Part shown: positions 11,828 to 24,030 of the stretch, piece after piece | How the letters are laid out: each line of letters opens with the position of its first letter | How positions within the stretch are numbered: position 1 is the stretch's first letter | NCBI GenBank assembly: GCA_964016885.1 | Contig: OZ024742.1 | Location: forward strand, 219,604,001 to 219,668,000 | DNA from: Eledone cirrhosa | Taxonomy: Eukaryota | Reading direction: 5' to 3' | Length of the DNA: 64,000 nucleotides | Notes under the pieces: generated by a model | Database searches by the model: none | What the model saw: the letters and a program-made list of their open reading frames with translations, nothing else | Told to the model about the DNA's origin: nothing | Made by a program: the position numbers and the translations under genes

Positions 11828-11990
11828 GAATTGTCTCTAGATTTAGTACAAGGACAGTAATTTGAAGGGAGGGGTAAGTTGATTAAATCGACCCCAGTGT
11901 GTTATTGGTTTAATTTATTTTATCAACCCCGTAGGGATGAAAGGCAAAGCTAACTTCTGCGGGATTTGAACTCAGAACATAAAGGGGCAT
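11828..11990 (-). mobile_element. tRNA-derived SINE (diverged)
   Basis: ...atcaaccccgtagggatgaaaggcaaagc...gggatttgaactcag, the same family as 16775 and 29877. Paralog at about 43198-43360. Confidence 0.65.
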
Positions 11991-13329
11991 AACTACAGCT
12001 GGATGCTCTTCCTAAGACCAACCATTTTAATGAGTGTACTGGATGCATTTTATTTAGGCATCAGTAATTTGTCTATAAAATAGTGATTGATAATAAGAGA
12101 AAAAATATGGATAGGAGGGGTTGAGGGAAAAGAACAAGAGATAAAAAAAACCCAGCAATGTTAAAATGTATGTTGTGGGAATTGTATAGTAGTGGATATA
12201 AAGATAGCCTTGAAAGGTTTGGGCCAACGCCTTATCTAACGTAATAGCACCACTTGGATATAAGTTAATTATAGAAAGAAATGGCTTACATAATGCAATA
12301 GATTGGATATGGAGAGTAATTCTATTGTATTTTTATCTTATAAAATGTATAATTAATTAATGGTGGTGTAATTTGTAATTCTTCAGTAAAAATGTAAGTT
12401 AGTATCAACAGAATGAAATAAGCTCAGAATTCCTGTTGCCTGTTAAGTTTGCTTTTATGATTGAATACAGTCCTGCTTTTCTCAGTGATGTATAAATTAC
12501 AAAAGTTGGAGACTTGATTGTCCCTGTGAGATCAATATGATGGTCATTGTGATGTCAGTATAGTTGTCTCTATACTGTCTCAAAAAGAAAAAGAAAAGAA
12601 AGTCATGTCTAAACCATGCCAGCATAGGTAAAAAATGGATGCAAAAACAATGATAATGTAAAAAGTCTGTCTTGAACTTAGAGGTTCATCAGACTGATGG
12701 TTATCCTGGTTTCCCTGGCATGAAGTGACTGAGATTACATGACTTCCCTATGGACAGGACACCAGTTTATCGCACGGTTAAACACTTGGTTTGTGCTGGT
12801 GGTCATTTTCAGCTGAGTTTACTGGAGCAACATGAAATGATGTGTTTTGTTCAAGAACACAACATACAACTTAGTCCAAGAATCGAACCCATGACATTGA
12901 AGGCCACACATGTTTATAAGAGGCAAATAGTGCAGTGAATTAACCACACTGTATGACTGGTATTTATTTGTCTGACATGGCATAAAAGGAAAATTAAACC
13001 ATAGCAGGATTTGAACTCTGGATGAATCGGGTTAAAATGAAGTATTGTGAGATATTTGGCCCATCAATTTATTATTGTTGTTATGTATTTGCTTCCATAT
13101 TTATTAGAATTTATTATAATAGCTTATTTAAGCTCAAGAGACAGAAATACAGTGTGACATGGAAAGTATAAAAACTATTTGTTTAATACCAACGAAGTAC
13201 ATATTGACAAAGATATCCTTTCCTCTCCTTTGCTATGCCCACATATTCCTGAGAGGGTTGTAAGAGGAGCCTATTGGAGGCAACCATCAAATGATCCAGC
13301 TGGACTCCCAAGTGAGACCATCTGAGATT

Positions 13330-13775
13330 TGGGATGTTATTCAATCATCTTGCTCATGGTCTACTTCTTGGTCAGTTGGTTTTGTACATTAAAGCTGTCC
13401 TATTATTCTTTTCTTAGATAGTCTAACCATTTTCTGTGATCTCTTCATGTGAAGAAGTTGCAGCTCTACCTGGAGTAACTTCTTGATCTCAGAGCTATGC
13501 ACCTTATCAATTAATGTTATTCCAGAGACCCTTCAGAGGACCTCATTTCAGCCACTTGTATTATTTTGGTCTACCTAAGATTCATGACCATCGGTAAGGT
13601 TGGGTATGAATAATGAATTGAAAATAGTGAGTTTGACTTTTACACTTAACTCCTTCCTTCTGATGTCAGAATGCTGAAGCTGGCACATTACTACACCTAC
13701 TTCTACAATTCTTGCATTTAATTCAGCTTCTTTTTTTTCCATCACTTATGAAAACTGCCCTGAAATACTTGACGT
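13330..13775 (-). mobile_element. RTE-clade LINE RT C-terminal fragment, in the putative GST 5'UTR intron
   Basis: Minus-strand translation VKYF..F.SDG..E.ELNARI....VM..L.....RKELS.KVKL.IF.SLFIPNLT.GHE matches the RTE/Expander-type C-terminus. Paralog at about 44680-45130. Confidence 0.65.
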
Positions 13776-13960
13776 TCAAGAAGCCTATCCCTCAGTCTCA
13801 TATTCCTGCAGAACCTTCCACAATAAGTCCTGTGACGTGCACTTTCGAGGTTCACAATATTAGTTAAGATCAAATAAGAATTGATCAATTCTAATTAATT
13901 TAATAATTTACTGTAGTTAAGAATCAATGTCTTCAGAATTGATCAATGGTCTATGAATAT

Positions 13961-13980
13961 TCTTTTTTTTTTTTTTTCAG
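13961..13980 (+). promoter_or_regulatory. Splice acceptor (poly-T tract + CAG) 14 nt before the GST ATG
   Basis: tctttttttttttttttcAG|gtttcatttttaaaATG. The same arrangement ends at 45332 in B. It implies a non-coding first exon upstream, which I did not locate. Confidence 0.8.
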
Positions 13981-13994
13981 GTTTCATTTTTAAA

Positions 13995-14657
13995 ATGTCT
14001 GATTCCACAAGCCTCATCTTTGGAAGTTCCCGGTCCTGTCCATTTTGCCAAAGAGTCTGGATTGCTCTTTTGGAGAAAGTTATTCCTTTTAAATATGAGG
14101 AAATTGATCCTGATAACAAGACAGACCAATATTTAAAATTAAATCCAAGAGGCTCTGTGCCAATAATTATACATGATGGTAAGGTTATATATGAGTCAAG
14201 TATATGTATGGAATACATTGATGATGCTTGGCCACAAAATCCCAAAATGATGATGGAAAAACCTTTTGACAAAGCTCAGGTTCGCATCTGGGGTAACTAT
14301 GCTGCAAATAAAATAATTCCAGTATTTTTTTCCATTCTGAAATCAGATCCTAAAATGCTGGATGAATTAAAGAAATCTTTTGTTGAAAATCTTGGAACTT
14401 TTGTGAAAGCCATGTCCCCAACTGGAAACTTTTTCATGGGGGACACATTTTCATATGTTGAAATGATGCTGTATCCATGGATACAAAGATTACCAGTGTT
14501 AAAACACTATAAAAACTTTGAAATACCATCTGATATTGATTGGTATCCTCGTTTCCAGAAGTGGTCCACTGCTTGTTCTGAGAGGAGAAGTGTGAAGCCT
14601 ACTGTTGTTGATATTAAGGAATTGATCCCAGGTTTTGAAAAATATGTGAAAAAATAA
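13995..14657 (+). CDS. Glutathione S-transferase, Cys-type (omega/DHAR-like, CPFC active site), 220 aa, copy A
   Basis: CPFCQRV, LNPRGSVP (cis-Pro), YESSI..EYIDDAWP and a GST C-terminal domain (FFMGDTFSYVE...PW..RL). The ORF-track start at 13953 lies in the polypyrimidine tract; the likely true ATG is 13995. AATAAA at 14802. Confidence 0.93.
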   Translation: MSDSTSLIFGSSRSCPFCQRVWIALLEKVIPFKYEEIDPDNKTDQYLKLNPRGSVPIIIHDGKVIYESSICMEYIDDAWPQNPKMMMEKPFDKAQVRIWGNYAANKIIPVFFSILKSDPKMLDELKKSFVENLGTFVKAMSPTGNFFMGDTFSYVEMMLYPWIQRLPVLKHYKNFEIPSDIDWYPRFQKWSTACSERRSVKPTVVDIKELIPGFEKYVKK

Positions 14658-16199
14658 GTTGTCAAAGGAATACACTAATGAGAATTTTAAAATCATAATT
14701 CATATTGAACACAATATTTTATGAATTATATTTTTAATAGAACCTTGTATGTTTTATTTTATTTCTTTGCATTTTTTCCAAATTATGTAACTAAAATAGG
14801 AAATAAATATTTGAGAAGTATCTAAAAATTGTTTTGTAAATTTGCAATAAATTTAAAATTTTCCAACTTTGGAACCACCTGGTTCTTAGCTCCATCCCAT
14901 TGCAATTGTTTTCTGCTATAGCCTGGGGACAAATAATGTCTCCAGCATGATAGGTAGAAGCCCATTACATACATATATATATATATATATATATGTGTAT
15001 ATATATATATATGTCTTTCCTGATGATTTCTCATGAATGAAACAATTCTAGTTCCGTAGAAGTAATTTCTATATTAATGTATTGAATATCTTTTTTTAAC
15101 TGTGGTTACCTCCTGTGGATACATCAGGAATCCACCTATGTATATATGTGTGTGTGTGAATTTTGTATATCTCATGATATGCAGTATGTTTTCAAATAAA
15201 CATTTGGAAAGCTTTCTATTGAAAAGCTGACAACTAGCGCCATCTTGCGGATTCCAGCAGAAGTAGTGGGTGACAACTGCCAATGCATTTCTGGCTCTAG
15301 TCATCACAAGGACAGTGCTTCCCCACTCTCTGCTAGAATTTGAACAGGTGAAAATATATAGTCTTTTCACCTATGTAGATGGGCTGATTAGCCTCATTTG
15401 CATATGGAGCTGTACAAGCTGGCTCAGCTTGAAAGTGGAATTTAAGTTTTTGCTCCAACATAACTAATACATACAAATTTGTGAATTTCATAATGATATG
15501 CGGTATGTTTACAAATAAACATTTGGAAAGCCTTCTAGTTATGAATATTGAAAAGCTGACATCTAGTGCTGTCTAGTGGATTCAAACAGAAGTATTCCTA
15601 TCTAGGTGATCTCATCAGCAGCATGAGTGAATGTATCGAAATGTTGTCTTGTTCATATGTTACAATTTTGGGTTTGGTTTTTACGGCTGGATGCCTTTCC
15701 TAATAGCAACCACTTCACAGTGTGTACTGAGAGCATTTTATCATGATTCTGGCACTACCACCTTACAGGGTGGGCTGGGTGCTTTTGTCATGGCACAACT
15801 GCCTTACAGTTAGATCTCGTGCTTTTCATGATGGCACTACCACTTTACAAAGTGAGCTGGGTGCATTTTTGCATTTTTATCATAGAACCATCACGGAAGA
15901 GCTGTTGATATGGGATGGGGGTTATACTGCCATGGAAGAGGAAGTGTCAGGCTATGGAGAGAGAATTGTATCTAGTGGTATATTGTGAGGTGTGCCTGGC
16001 TTTCCATACTAGCATGAGATGGACAAGGAAGTGAATCAGGTATGCAGACATGACTTGTGCCAGGAACATGAATTGGGTATGTGGTAGTGTGGGAGGGGGG
16101 ATTTCTGTCGTCTTTCTGTTTTAACATGAATTAAATAGGGGAAGTGGGGAGGTGAAGAATGTGGATAGGTGGGTTGATTTTGTCTACCTCTCTCTTTGC

Positions 16200-16400
16200 T
16201 TTCATTTCACTATACTTGTCTGGGATGCCAAGTTTTCTGTGATACAGCATGTCTCCAGGTGATTCAATCCTGTGTCATCTCCTTCAATTAGTTTCAGCTT
16301 TGTGAGGTCAGCCTTTACTACATTATCCCAAGTTTCCCTAGGTCTACCTCTTACCCAGTTTGACATCACTACCAAGCCTTGGATATTTTTTACTTGTGCC
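16200..16400 (-). mobile_element. RTE-like LINE 3' end fragment
   Basis: RGRPRETWDNVVKADL motif typical of the RTE ORF C-terminus. Paralog at about 47557-47760. Confidence 0.55.
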
Positions 16401-16774
16401 CATTCTACTGCAAAAATTTGGGCCAGGTTTCTGGTTTGAAGATACCTTTCCCACTCTCTCACACCAGCCTCAGAAGCCCTGGAAAGGGTCTGTGCACTGC
16501 CCTTCCATCTCTGACTAGACAGCCAAAACTGACTTTGGTTCTATGAAACAAAAATATCCATTTTGAAGGGTTTGTATTTAAATTTAAATCTGCCAACATA
16601 ATTTTATAAGTACCATATATTAACTTAGTAATGAATAATGTAATTAGTTAATTAGTTACAGGCTTCCAGTAAAACAATCACTGGATTATTGCACTTCTAA
16701 AAACCAGAATGACAAAGGAGTAACTGTAACTGGATGCAGAAAAATAAAGTATATATTTCTTTTAAATGAAATTA

Positions 16775-16960
16775 ATTGTTTCTACGTTTGGCACAAGGCC
16801 AGCAAATACCCAGTGCATTACTGGTACTTTATTCTATCGACCCCGTAAGGATGAAATGCAAAGTTAACCTCGGCGGGATTTGAACTCAGACGATAAAGGA
16901 CTAACTCTATGCTGCAAAGCATGGTGTCCGACTCTCTACTGATACTGCCAATCCACCGCC
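16775..16960 (-). mobile_element. tRNA-derived SINE
   Basis: B-box-like gagttcaaatccc on the minus strand; multi-copy in the window (29877, 31428, 42023, 48132, 57374, 58924). Confidence 0.8.
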
Positions 16961-17726
16961 CTATCTTTTAAATGAAATTAATAACACAGAGAAATAACTG
17001 TTTAACAAAGGGTGATAACTATAAACAACGTGTTTATTAGACAACTGATGATAGTAATGGAGTACAAGATACCATTGTCATGTGAAAAGTAGCTGTTGTA
17101 TATATTGAAAGGATCCAGGTCAAGTAATTGATACTGTATACTTTGTCCAGATGATGGGTGCACAAAAAGTGTAGTGAGAAATCTATCAAGTTGACTGAAA
17201 AGTAGGGATGTGATAGGTGTACAGGAATAGCTGGTACACTGACAGAGAAGTAGTAGAGATGTGGTAAACATACAGGAGTATGTAACAGAAGGAACACACA
17301 TGAAATAAAAGGATTAACATGTGTCTAGATGAGAGTCTGTACGTATGCATGTATATATGTTAACATACAGACATGCAATATAAGCATACACACACATAGA
17401 TATACATTATATTCCTATTCATTATGAGTGTGTCATATATCATCTCCATTTAACGTCAATTCTTCCATGCTAGCATGGGTTAGATGAGTTGTCCTATTGT
17501 GGGCAATGCCAGGTGAGGTCACCTTGTCTTGCTCATACAGAACTGATTTCGGCTTGATTTCTATATAGGAGTAGTACTAAGCCACATCTCAGGTAATATC
17601 AAAATACAATCACACGAATTCACTATATTACAGTTTGATGACAATCTTTAGTTGTTCCAGGAGTGTTGCAATCCTGAAAATTGTTTCGGCCAAGTAATTC
17701 AGAATTAGCATGAATTAATATATATA

Positions 17727-17865
17727 TGGAGGCACATGGCTTAGTGGTTAGAGCATTGGCTTTGCAATCGAAAGGTTGTGAGTTCAATTCTCAGACCGGG
17801 TGATGTGTTGTTTCCTTGAGCAAGGCACTTTATTTCACATTGCTCCAGTTTACTCAGCTGTAGAA
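17727..17865 (+). mobile_element. tRNA-headed SINE, second family
   Basis: A box tggcttagtgg, B box gagttcaattc, body ccttgagcaaggcactt. Relatives at 34043, 49078, 61540 and about 12800-12950 (-). Confidence 0.7.
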
Positions 17866-18606
17866 ATGAGATGATAGGGATTGGGGTCCCTATCATTCCA
17901 CTGGAAAGTGGTCGTGGAGGTGCCACGGCTAAAAAGCACCCAGCGCTCACTGTAAATGAGGTTGATGTTAGGAAGGGCATCTAGCTGTAGAAATCAAGCC
18001 AGTATCAGTTCCCGTCCCACCCTTGCCAGCAGGGAAAAAGCGGACATAAAATGAAATGATGAATGAAATGATATAAAACGTAAAAAGCACTTAAGATGTG
18101 TGCCTATCCAAGATTTTAGTTACCTCAGTCTAAAACTGCATAGGTTTTTACAATCACTTTTACATATTGAGATACATACATGCATTTATCGCTCCCTTTC
18201 TCTTTCACACACACACATATATATACACATACTCATTAAAACAACATGGATGATTTGCTAACGTTGAGTGCTTTATTTAATTTCTTACATCAGCATTCAA
18301 CAAACCAAACCACCAATTCTACTCATTGATAAACAGCTTAACATAAATTATATATATATTCCATGATTTTTTGTTCACGATCGCCTGTGTCATTACCTTT
18401 ATGATATTTCTATGAATTTTTGTTCACGATCGCCTGTGTTATTACCTTTATGATTTTTTGTCTTTAATTTTCCGGTGTTTACTCCCTCCCTACGTTTTTC
18501 TGGTTCCTTTCCCATCCCCGTCTCTGCCTATCCTTCGCACTTACCCCTTCGTTCACTCCACCCCGCCCTCTCTTCTCCCCCCCCCCGCTTTCACCCAACG
18601 CCCATC

Positions 18607-21409
18607 ATGGCCAACCTGAGATCCTTTCTCCACCAACTCCACAATCGCCTCAAACTTTTCCTCACCCCCCTCCTTCCACCCTGCTATCTCCCCTCCGCCC
18701 TTCAACTCTCCTACCTTCTCTTCGCCAAAACCCGGCACTCCAGCCACATCCATTTCCTCAGCCACTGCCTCCGCCTCCACCTTATCCCCCTTGGCTTCCG
18801 TCTACACTTCCACCCCTCCCCCGCTGCCTCCCCCTCCGCGCAACGTATCCTCACCCGATCCTCACGCCTTCTGATGCGCAACTCCATCCGCGCCTCCCGC
18901 TCCACCCTCCGCCTACTTGACCACCAACTGACCCCCACCCTCCTCCGCCTTTACTCCACCTGCCACCCCCTCCTCGCCCAAGCCATCCTCTCCTTCATCC
19001 ACAACCTCAACCACAACCTCTTCTCGTTCCTCAGCTCCACCAAAGCCCGCAAGCTACACCCCCCCCCCCCCCCCCATCCACCACCACCCGCCCATCCCCA
19101 TACGCCCACCACTCCCCACCTCTCCCCCGACCGCCACCCCCACCCAATCTCCACCCCTCACCACACCCTCCCTTCCCTCCCCTAACACCCAAACCCCACC
19201 CCTTGTTGTCACCATACCCCCTGACCTCCCCCTCTCCGCACCTGAGCGCTCACTCCTTAGTAGAGGCCTTCGCTTCATACCCCACGCTCCGCTCAGCGAC
19301 GAGTTCCGCACCCGAACGGAAGTCGAGCGATTCGTGCGACGCACTAAGCTACAGGCACATTTCGGTCAAACGCCACCGGCTCCGGACGCCCCAGACCCGT
19401 TTCTCGCCCTGGGCCGACGACCATCTTCTTGGACGCCGGCCCCAGGGCAATTTAGCACCCTGGACGCCTTCGTCGATGCCAGCCGTAGCGCAGTAAATCG
19501 TTTCGACTTCCGCCACCGTTCCAAACGGCACAACATCTCACGGTGCGAACTCCTCGCTCTCCGCTCCCTCCGTAGCCGAGATGACATCGTCATCAAACCG
19601 GCGGACAAGGGAGGCGCCGTGGTGGTATGGCGCGCGGACCTCTACAGGGCCGAAGCCCTCAGGCAGCTCTGTAACCCCCTCTTTTACCGCCCTCTACCCT
19701 CCGATCCCACCCCCCTCTACCAACAACAAGTCTCCTCCACCATCAAAGACCTTATCGCCTCCTCCCTCCTCCCCCCACCGCTTCCCACCTCATCGTCCGC
19801 ACACCCCGCACCCCCACCATCTACTTCCTCCCCAAACTCCACAAACCCGACAACCCCGGCCGTCCCATCGTCTCCGCTTGCAACTGCCCCACCGAACTCA
19901 TCTCCGCCTTTCTCGACTCCCTCCTCGCCCCCCTTGTCACCACCCTCCCCTCCCACATCTCTGACACCAACCACGCCCTGCGCCTTTTCGACTCCTTCAC
20001 CTACCTACCCGGCCCTCAGCCATTCCTCTTCACCCTAGACATCAAGTCCCTCTACACCGTCATCCTCCACGCCGACGGCCTTCGCGCCCTCAAACACTAC
20101 CTCGACCTTCGCCCCTCCCCCATTCCCTCCACCCCACCCTCCTTCGCCTCGCCGAGCTGGTCTTCACCCTAAATTGTTTCTCCTTCTCGGGTGAGTTTTA
20201 CCAACAGGTCACGGGGGTAGCCATGGGCACAAGAATGGGCCCGAACTATGCCAACCTTTTTGTTGGCCATGTTGAGGCCCAAATCTTTGCCCAGTACACC
20301 GGCCCCACGCCCGAACTGTACGGTCGTTACATTGACGACTGTATCGGAGCCACGACCCTCACCCGAGTACAGCTCGACTCCTTTCTCTCCTTCTTCTGCT
20401 CCTTCCACCCCTCCCTCCACTTCACCACCTCTATCTCCACCACCCACGTCCACTTCTTGGACATCTCCGTCGCCTTCGACCCCTCCCACCACTCCCTCGT
20501 CACCTCCGCCTTCTTCAAACCCACCGACTCCCACTCTTACCTCGACTTCACCTCTTCCCACCCCAGCCACACTAAACTATCCATTCCCTACTCCCAACTT
20601 CTCAGGATCCGCCGCCTCTGTAGCCGAGATGCTGACTTCGAGTCCCAGGCCCTTTCCCTAGTCAGCCATTTCATCCGCAGAGGTTACCCCCCCCCCCCCC
20701 CCCCTCTCTCGTCCACACCGCTCTCACCCGCGCCCGTGCTATCCCCCGCTCTACCACCCTCACCCCACGCCACCGCACACCCACCCACCGTCTCCCCTTC
20801 CCCATCACCTACCACCCCTCCACCTTACCCCTCCACCGCACCATCCGCCGCCTCTTCCGACACCTCCAGTCCGACCCCTCCACCTCCCACATCTTCCCAA
20901 CCCCACCACTCCCCTCCTTCATACGCGCACGCAATCTCCGCACCCTCCTCGTCCACAGCTCCCTACCCCCCAACCCACGCTCCGTTTCCCCCCCCGGTTC
21001 CTTCCCCTGTTCTAGGCCCCGCTGCAACACCTGTCCCCACATCACCAACACCACCACCTTCCAGGGTCCCAACGGCCACCCTCTCTCGGTCCGGCATGCC
21101 TTCCGCTGCACCTCCTCCAACCTAGTCTACGGACTTCGTTGCACGAGGTGCAGCGCGACTTATGTCGGACAGACGGGACGCCGCCTGGCGGACCGAGTCA
21201 CGGAGCACCTCCGGGACATTCGTCTCGGGGGCAGTTCCCCCATCGCCCGCCACTTTGGTGGCCCTGGACACTCCGCACACCATCTCACAGTCTGTGGCCT
21301 ACTCCAGTGCCACGGAACACCCGCCCATCGCCTCACGGTCGAACAACGTACTATCTTCATCTTACAGACCCACCCCCCCGGCCTGAACTCCCCACCCTTA
21401 TTCCTTTAG
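18607..21409 (+). CDS. PLE polyprotein (RT + GIY-YIG endonuclease), broken by frameshifts at C-runs
   Basis: MANLRSFL..., IKPADKGGAVVVW, LPKLHKPDNPGRPIVS, TLDIKSLYT, GVAMGTRMGPNYANLF, RYIDD, FLDI, CSRPRCNTC, NLVYGLRCTRCSATYVGQTGRRLADRVTEH, GLNSPPLFL*. Confidence 0.85.
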
Positions 21410-21864
21410 CGTTCGACCGCCCCCCTCCCCCACTTATCCCCCACTAACACACCCCTCCTTTTCACCGCCCACCCCACACTAACAATACTAACACCCCCAC
21501 TCCACCCCTCATCTAACCACCCTTCCCCAACTAACATACTAACATCCCTTCCCTCCCCTCTTCCACCCCCCCTCCTTATCACACGCACACACTTACACCA
21601 CCCACCCCACACGCAACTAACATCACTAACACCCTCCAACCCTACGCACACGTACCCACACACCCTCGTACACCACCAACTCTACACACCCTACCCCCAC
21701 TCACACCTGCATTCCACCCCTCCCCACCTCCCGTCTACTAACACCCACTAACACCTCCTCACCAAACTACACACACACCAGTACACCACACTCCCTCCAT
21801 AGAACCACACACACCCTTCTCTCCCCACTCCACACTCACTCATCCCACTAACACCCCTACTAAT

Positions 21865-21895
<31 letters not shown>

Positions 21896-22728
21896 CCTCA
21901 CTCCAACTCTCACACCTACCCATCCTCGCCTCCCTACCATTCCGCTGACTGCTGCTATGCCCTTCCGACCACTGTCTCAGCACCAACTGACCACAGCACT
22001 TCCACTGCTGACCACTTCCTGTTGCGCGCGCACCCCACATCTCTCCTCTTCCGACCACCGCTTCTTGGATTACCCACACGCGTTTTGACTTCCAACCAAA
22101 ATCTCCATACATCCGTGTAACTTACCACTTTTCAACCATCCTCTAACACCATCACCTATATAACTCACCCACACACACATCCCCAAACAAATTTTTTTAT
22201 CCACACGCCACCCACACCCACAACACGCTTAAACCACACACACGTGCTTCCCACCACATATTTACACCCTCAGCCCCCTGATTCCTCTCCCCCCACCCCC
22301 TATGCACACACGCACAGACCCTCCGACACACAAAAACACCCCCCACACACACCTTCCTGAACATGCAACCCCGTTCTTCCCGCAACCCTCACTTTCACAT
22401 ACACACACACACACACACACGCACACCTAACCACACACACCACCTTCAGCCCTCCTCGCTCGGACACCCCGTCTCCCTCTCCCCACTCCACCCGCCTCCA
22501 CCTCTACTCACCCCACACCCTTCCACCACCTGTTTACCCCCCTTTTAATTTCAGTTTATTTTGATCATGCCTTTATTTTTAAATGTTCTCATTCCTTGTA
22601 TTTTGATCATGCTTTATTTTTATTTATTATTTATTATATTTTTGTCTTTATTTGTTAATTTTTCATTCGCACCGTTTCCTTTCGCTATATGTCTCTCCAC
22701 CACTCCCCTACACACCTTTTGAACTCTT

Positions 22729-22760
22729 ACCTGAAGAAGGGCTTATGCCCGAAACGTCGT
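22729..22760 (+). ncRNA. Minimal hammerhead ribozyme in the PLE 3' region
   Basis: ac-CTGAAGA-a-gggc/ttat/gccc-GAAA-cg-TC-gt: intact core, 4-bp stem II, palindromic ACGT stem III. PLE-associated minimal hammerheads are established. Confidence 0.8.
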
Positions 22761-22837
22761 CCCCCACTCTCCTGAGCGTGAATCTAATGAACATTTGTCG
22801 TACTGCCTCTCTGTTCTGTCCCTGTTCAATTTTTTAT

Positions 22838-22885
<48 letters not shown>

Positions 22886-23769
22886 GAATGTTGGAAGATT
22901 AAGGATTTCTATACAAATCGTGTTATTTTGAAAAATAAAGATTTGAAAAAAGCACCTAATTTGTTTTTATTCATTATATATACATGCTCCGTATATAGTA
23001 CACAATGAAAAAATGTTTCATATAAAAAAAGGATAGTTTTTGTACTTAACCAGCTTTTCAAAAGTCTTCGCATGTCTAAGTTTTCATTTGTAACGGGTTT
23101 GTTAAAACAAGGGGCGCAGCTGGTTATATCATTGCCCCATATGTTGAGGAAAACGCAATCCTTCACAAGGGACGTAATACTGCTCTGACCAGGTATTAAA
23201 ATTATGTATGCAAGAGTTCGGCCTAAATTTTATTTATAAAAAACTTTTCTTTGCCAATGCACTTTTCCTCTGATGTCGACTGGCAACATTGGTAGAATGG
23301 GAAGACATTGACATTAGGTAAAGTTTGTGTATGGATGTATTAATGGATGATATCGGTGTGTGTATTTGAGTGTTTATGCATTTATTCGTGTGTGTGTTTA
23401 TGCATGTCTGTGAATAAGCTTGTATCTCTGTGTGTGTATATATACCAAATAACAGATGTATTCACAACTTGTGATCAAAGAGTACAATGGAGTATATCAG
23501 TCAGTTGTCTGTGCTATATCAGGAAGTAGCCAAATCGACAAAGTGGGTGGTGGGATGGAGTATATATTACAGAAAGAGTGGATTAAGGTGTGGAGACACT
23601 GGAGAGGGAAGTAAGAGTGGTTTCAGGGTCACTGTGTTGTGTCTGCAGTGGTGGTTAGTTGATGAAGTTCTTTTTTTGACAGACTGAATTCCATTTTGTA
23701 CATGTAAATACAATTTTTGCAGACCATAATCAGGGACACCCACTGCAAACAGCCACCCCACCTTGCAGG

Positions 23770-24030
23770 GCTCCTCAATTCTACGAAGGTCAGCTGTACA
23801 GAGTCCAAGGACACCTGAGGTTTCAACAGCAATCAATGCAAAGAGGAAGCAGCTGAACAAGCCCCAGTATTTGCTTATTTTCCTGTCCTTTGCGTTACAG
23901 GCAGTGGTAACGAGGTTTGTGGTCAAAGCGATTAAGTTGGAGGTGGCGACCATGTCACGTCCTAGATAAGGGATTTACCTCCCTCAAATGGGAAGAGGAT
24001 AATTCCATCGGGGCGCTTGCCATCTCCACA
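23770..24030 (-). mobile_element. Old CRE-type endonuclease fragment
   Basis: RPDGIILFPFEGGKSLI*DVT...KISKY...IAVETSGVLG. Paralog at about 50640-50900. Confidence 0.65.

Larger units (their letters stand above)
18360..22835 (+). mobile_element. Near-intact Penelope-like retroelement (RT + Cys-rich linker + GIY-YIG; Neptune-like) inserted in (TA)n
   Basis: The empty site in unit B (49692-49722, uninterrupted TA tract followed by GA) defines both ends. Confidence 0.93.

Noticed and set aside
13953-13994. N-terminal extension MNILFFFFSGFIFK (MVYEYSFFFFSGFIFK in B) as a signal or anchor peptide
   Set aside because: It is the translated polypyrimidine tract and acceptor. The upstream frame differs between paralogs because the T-run length differs.
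13995-14657. S-crystallin (cephalopod lens GST)
   Set aside because: S-crystallins are sigma class with an N-terminal Tyr motif; this protein has a CPFC Cys-type site.
17727-17800. tRNA gene
   Set aside because: A and B boxes are present but there is no clean cloverleaf, and it runs into a SINE body found several times in the window.
18553-22548. Gly/Trp-rich minus-strand and Pro/Ser-rich alternative-frame ORFs in the PLE
   Set aside because: The C-rich skew suppresses stop codons; only the RT/GIY-YIG frames have conserved motifs.
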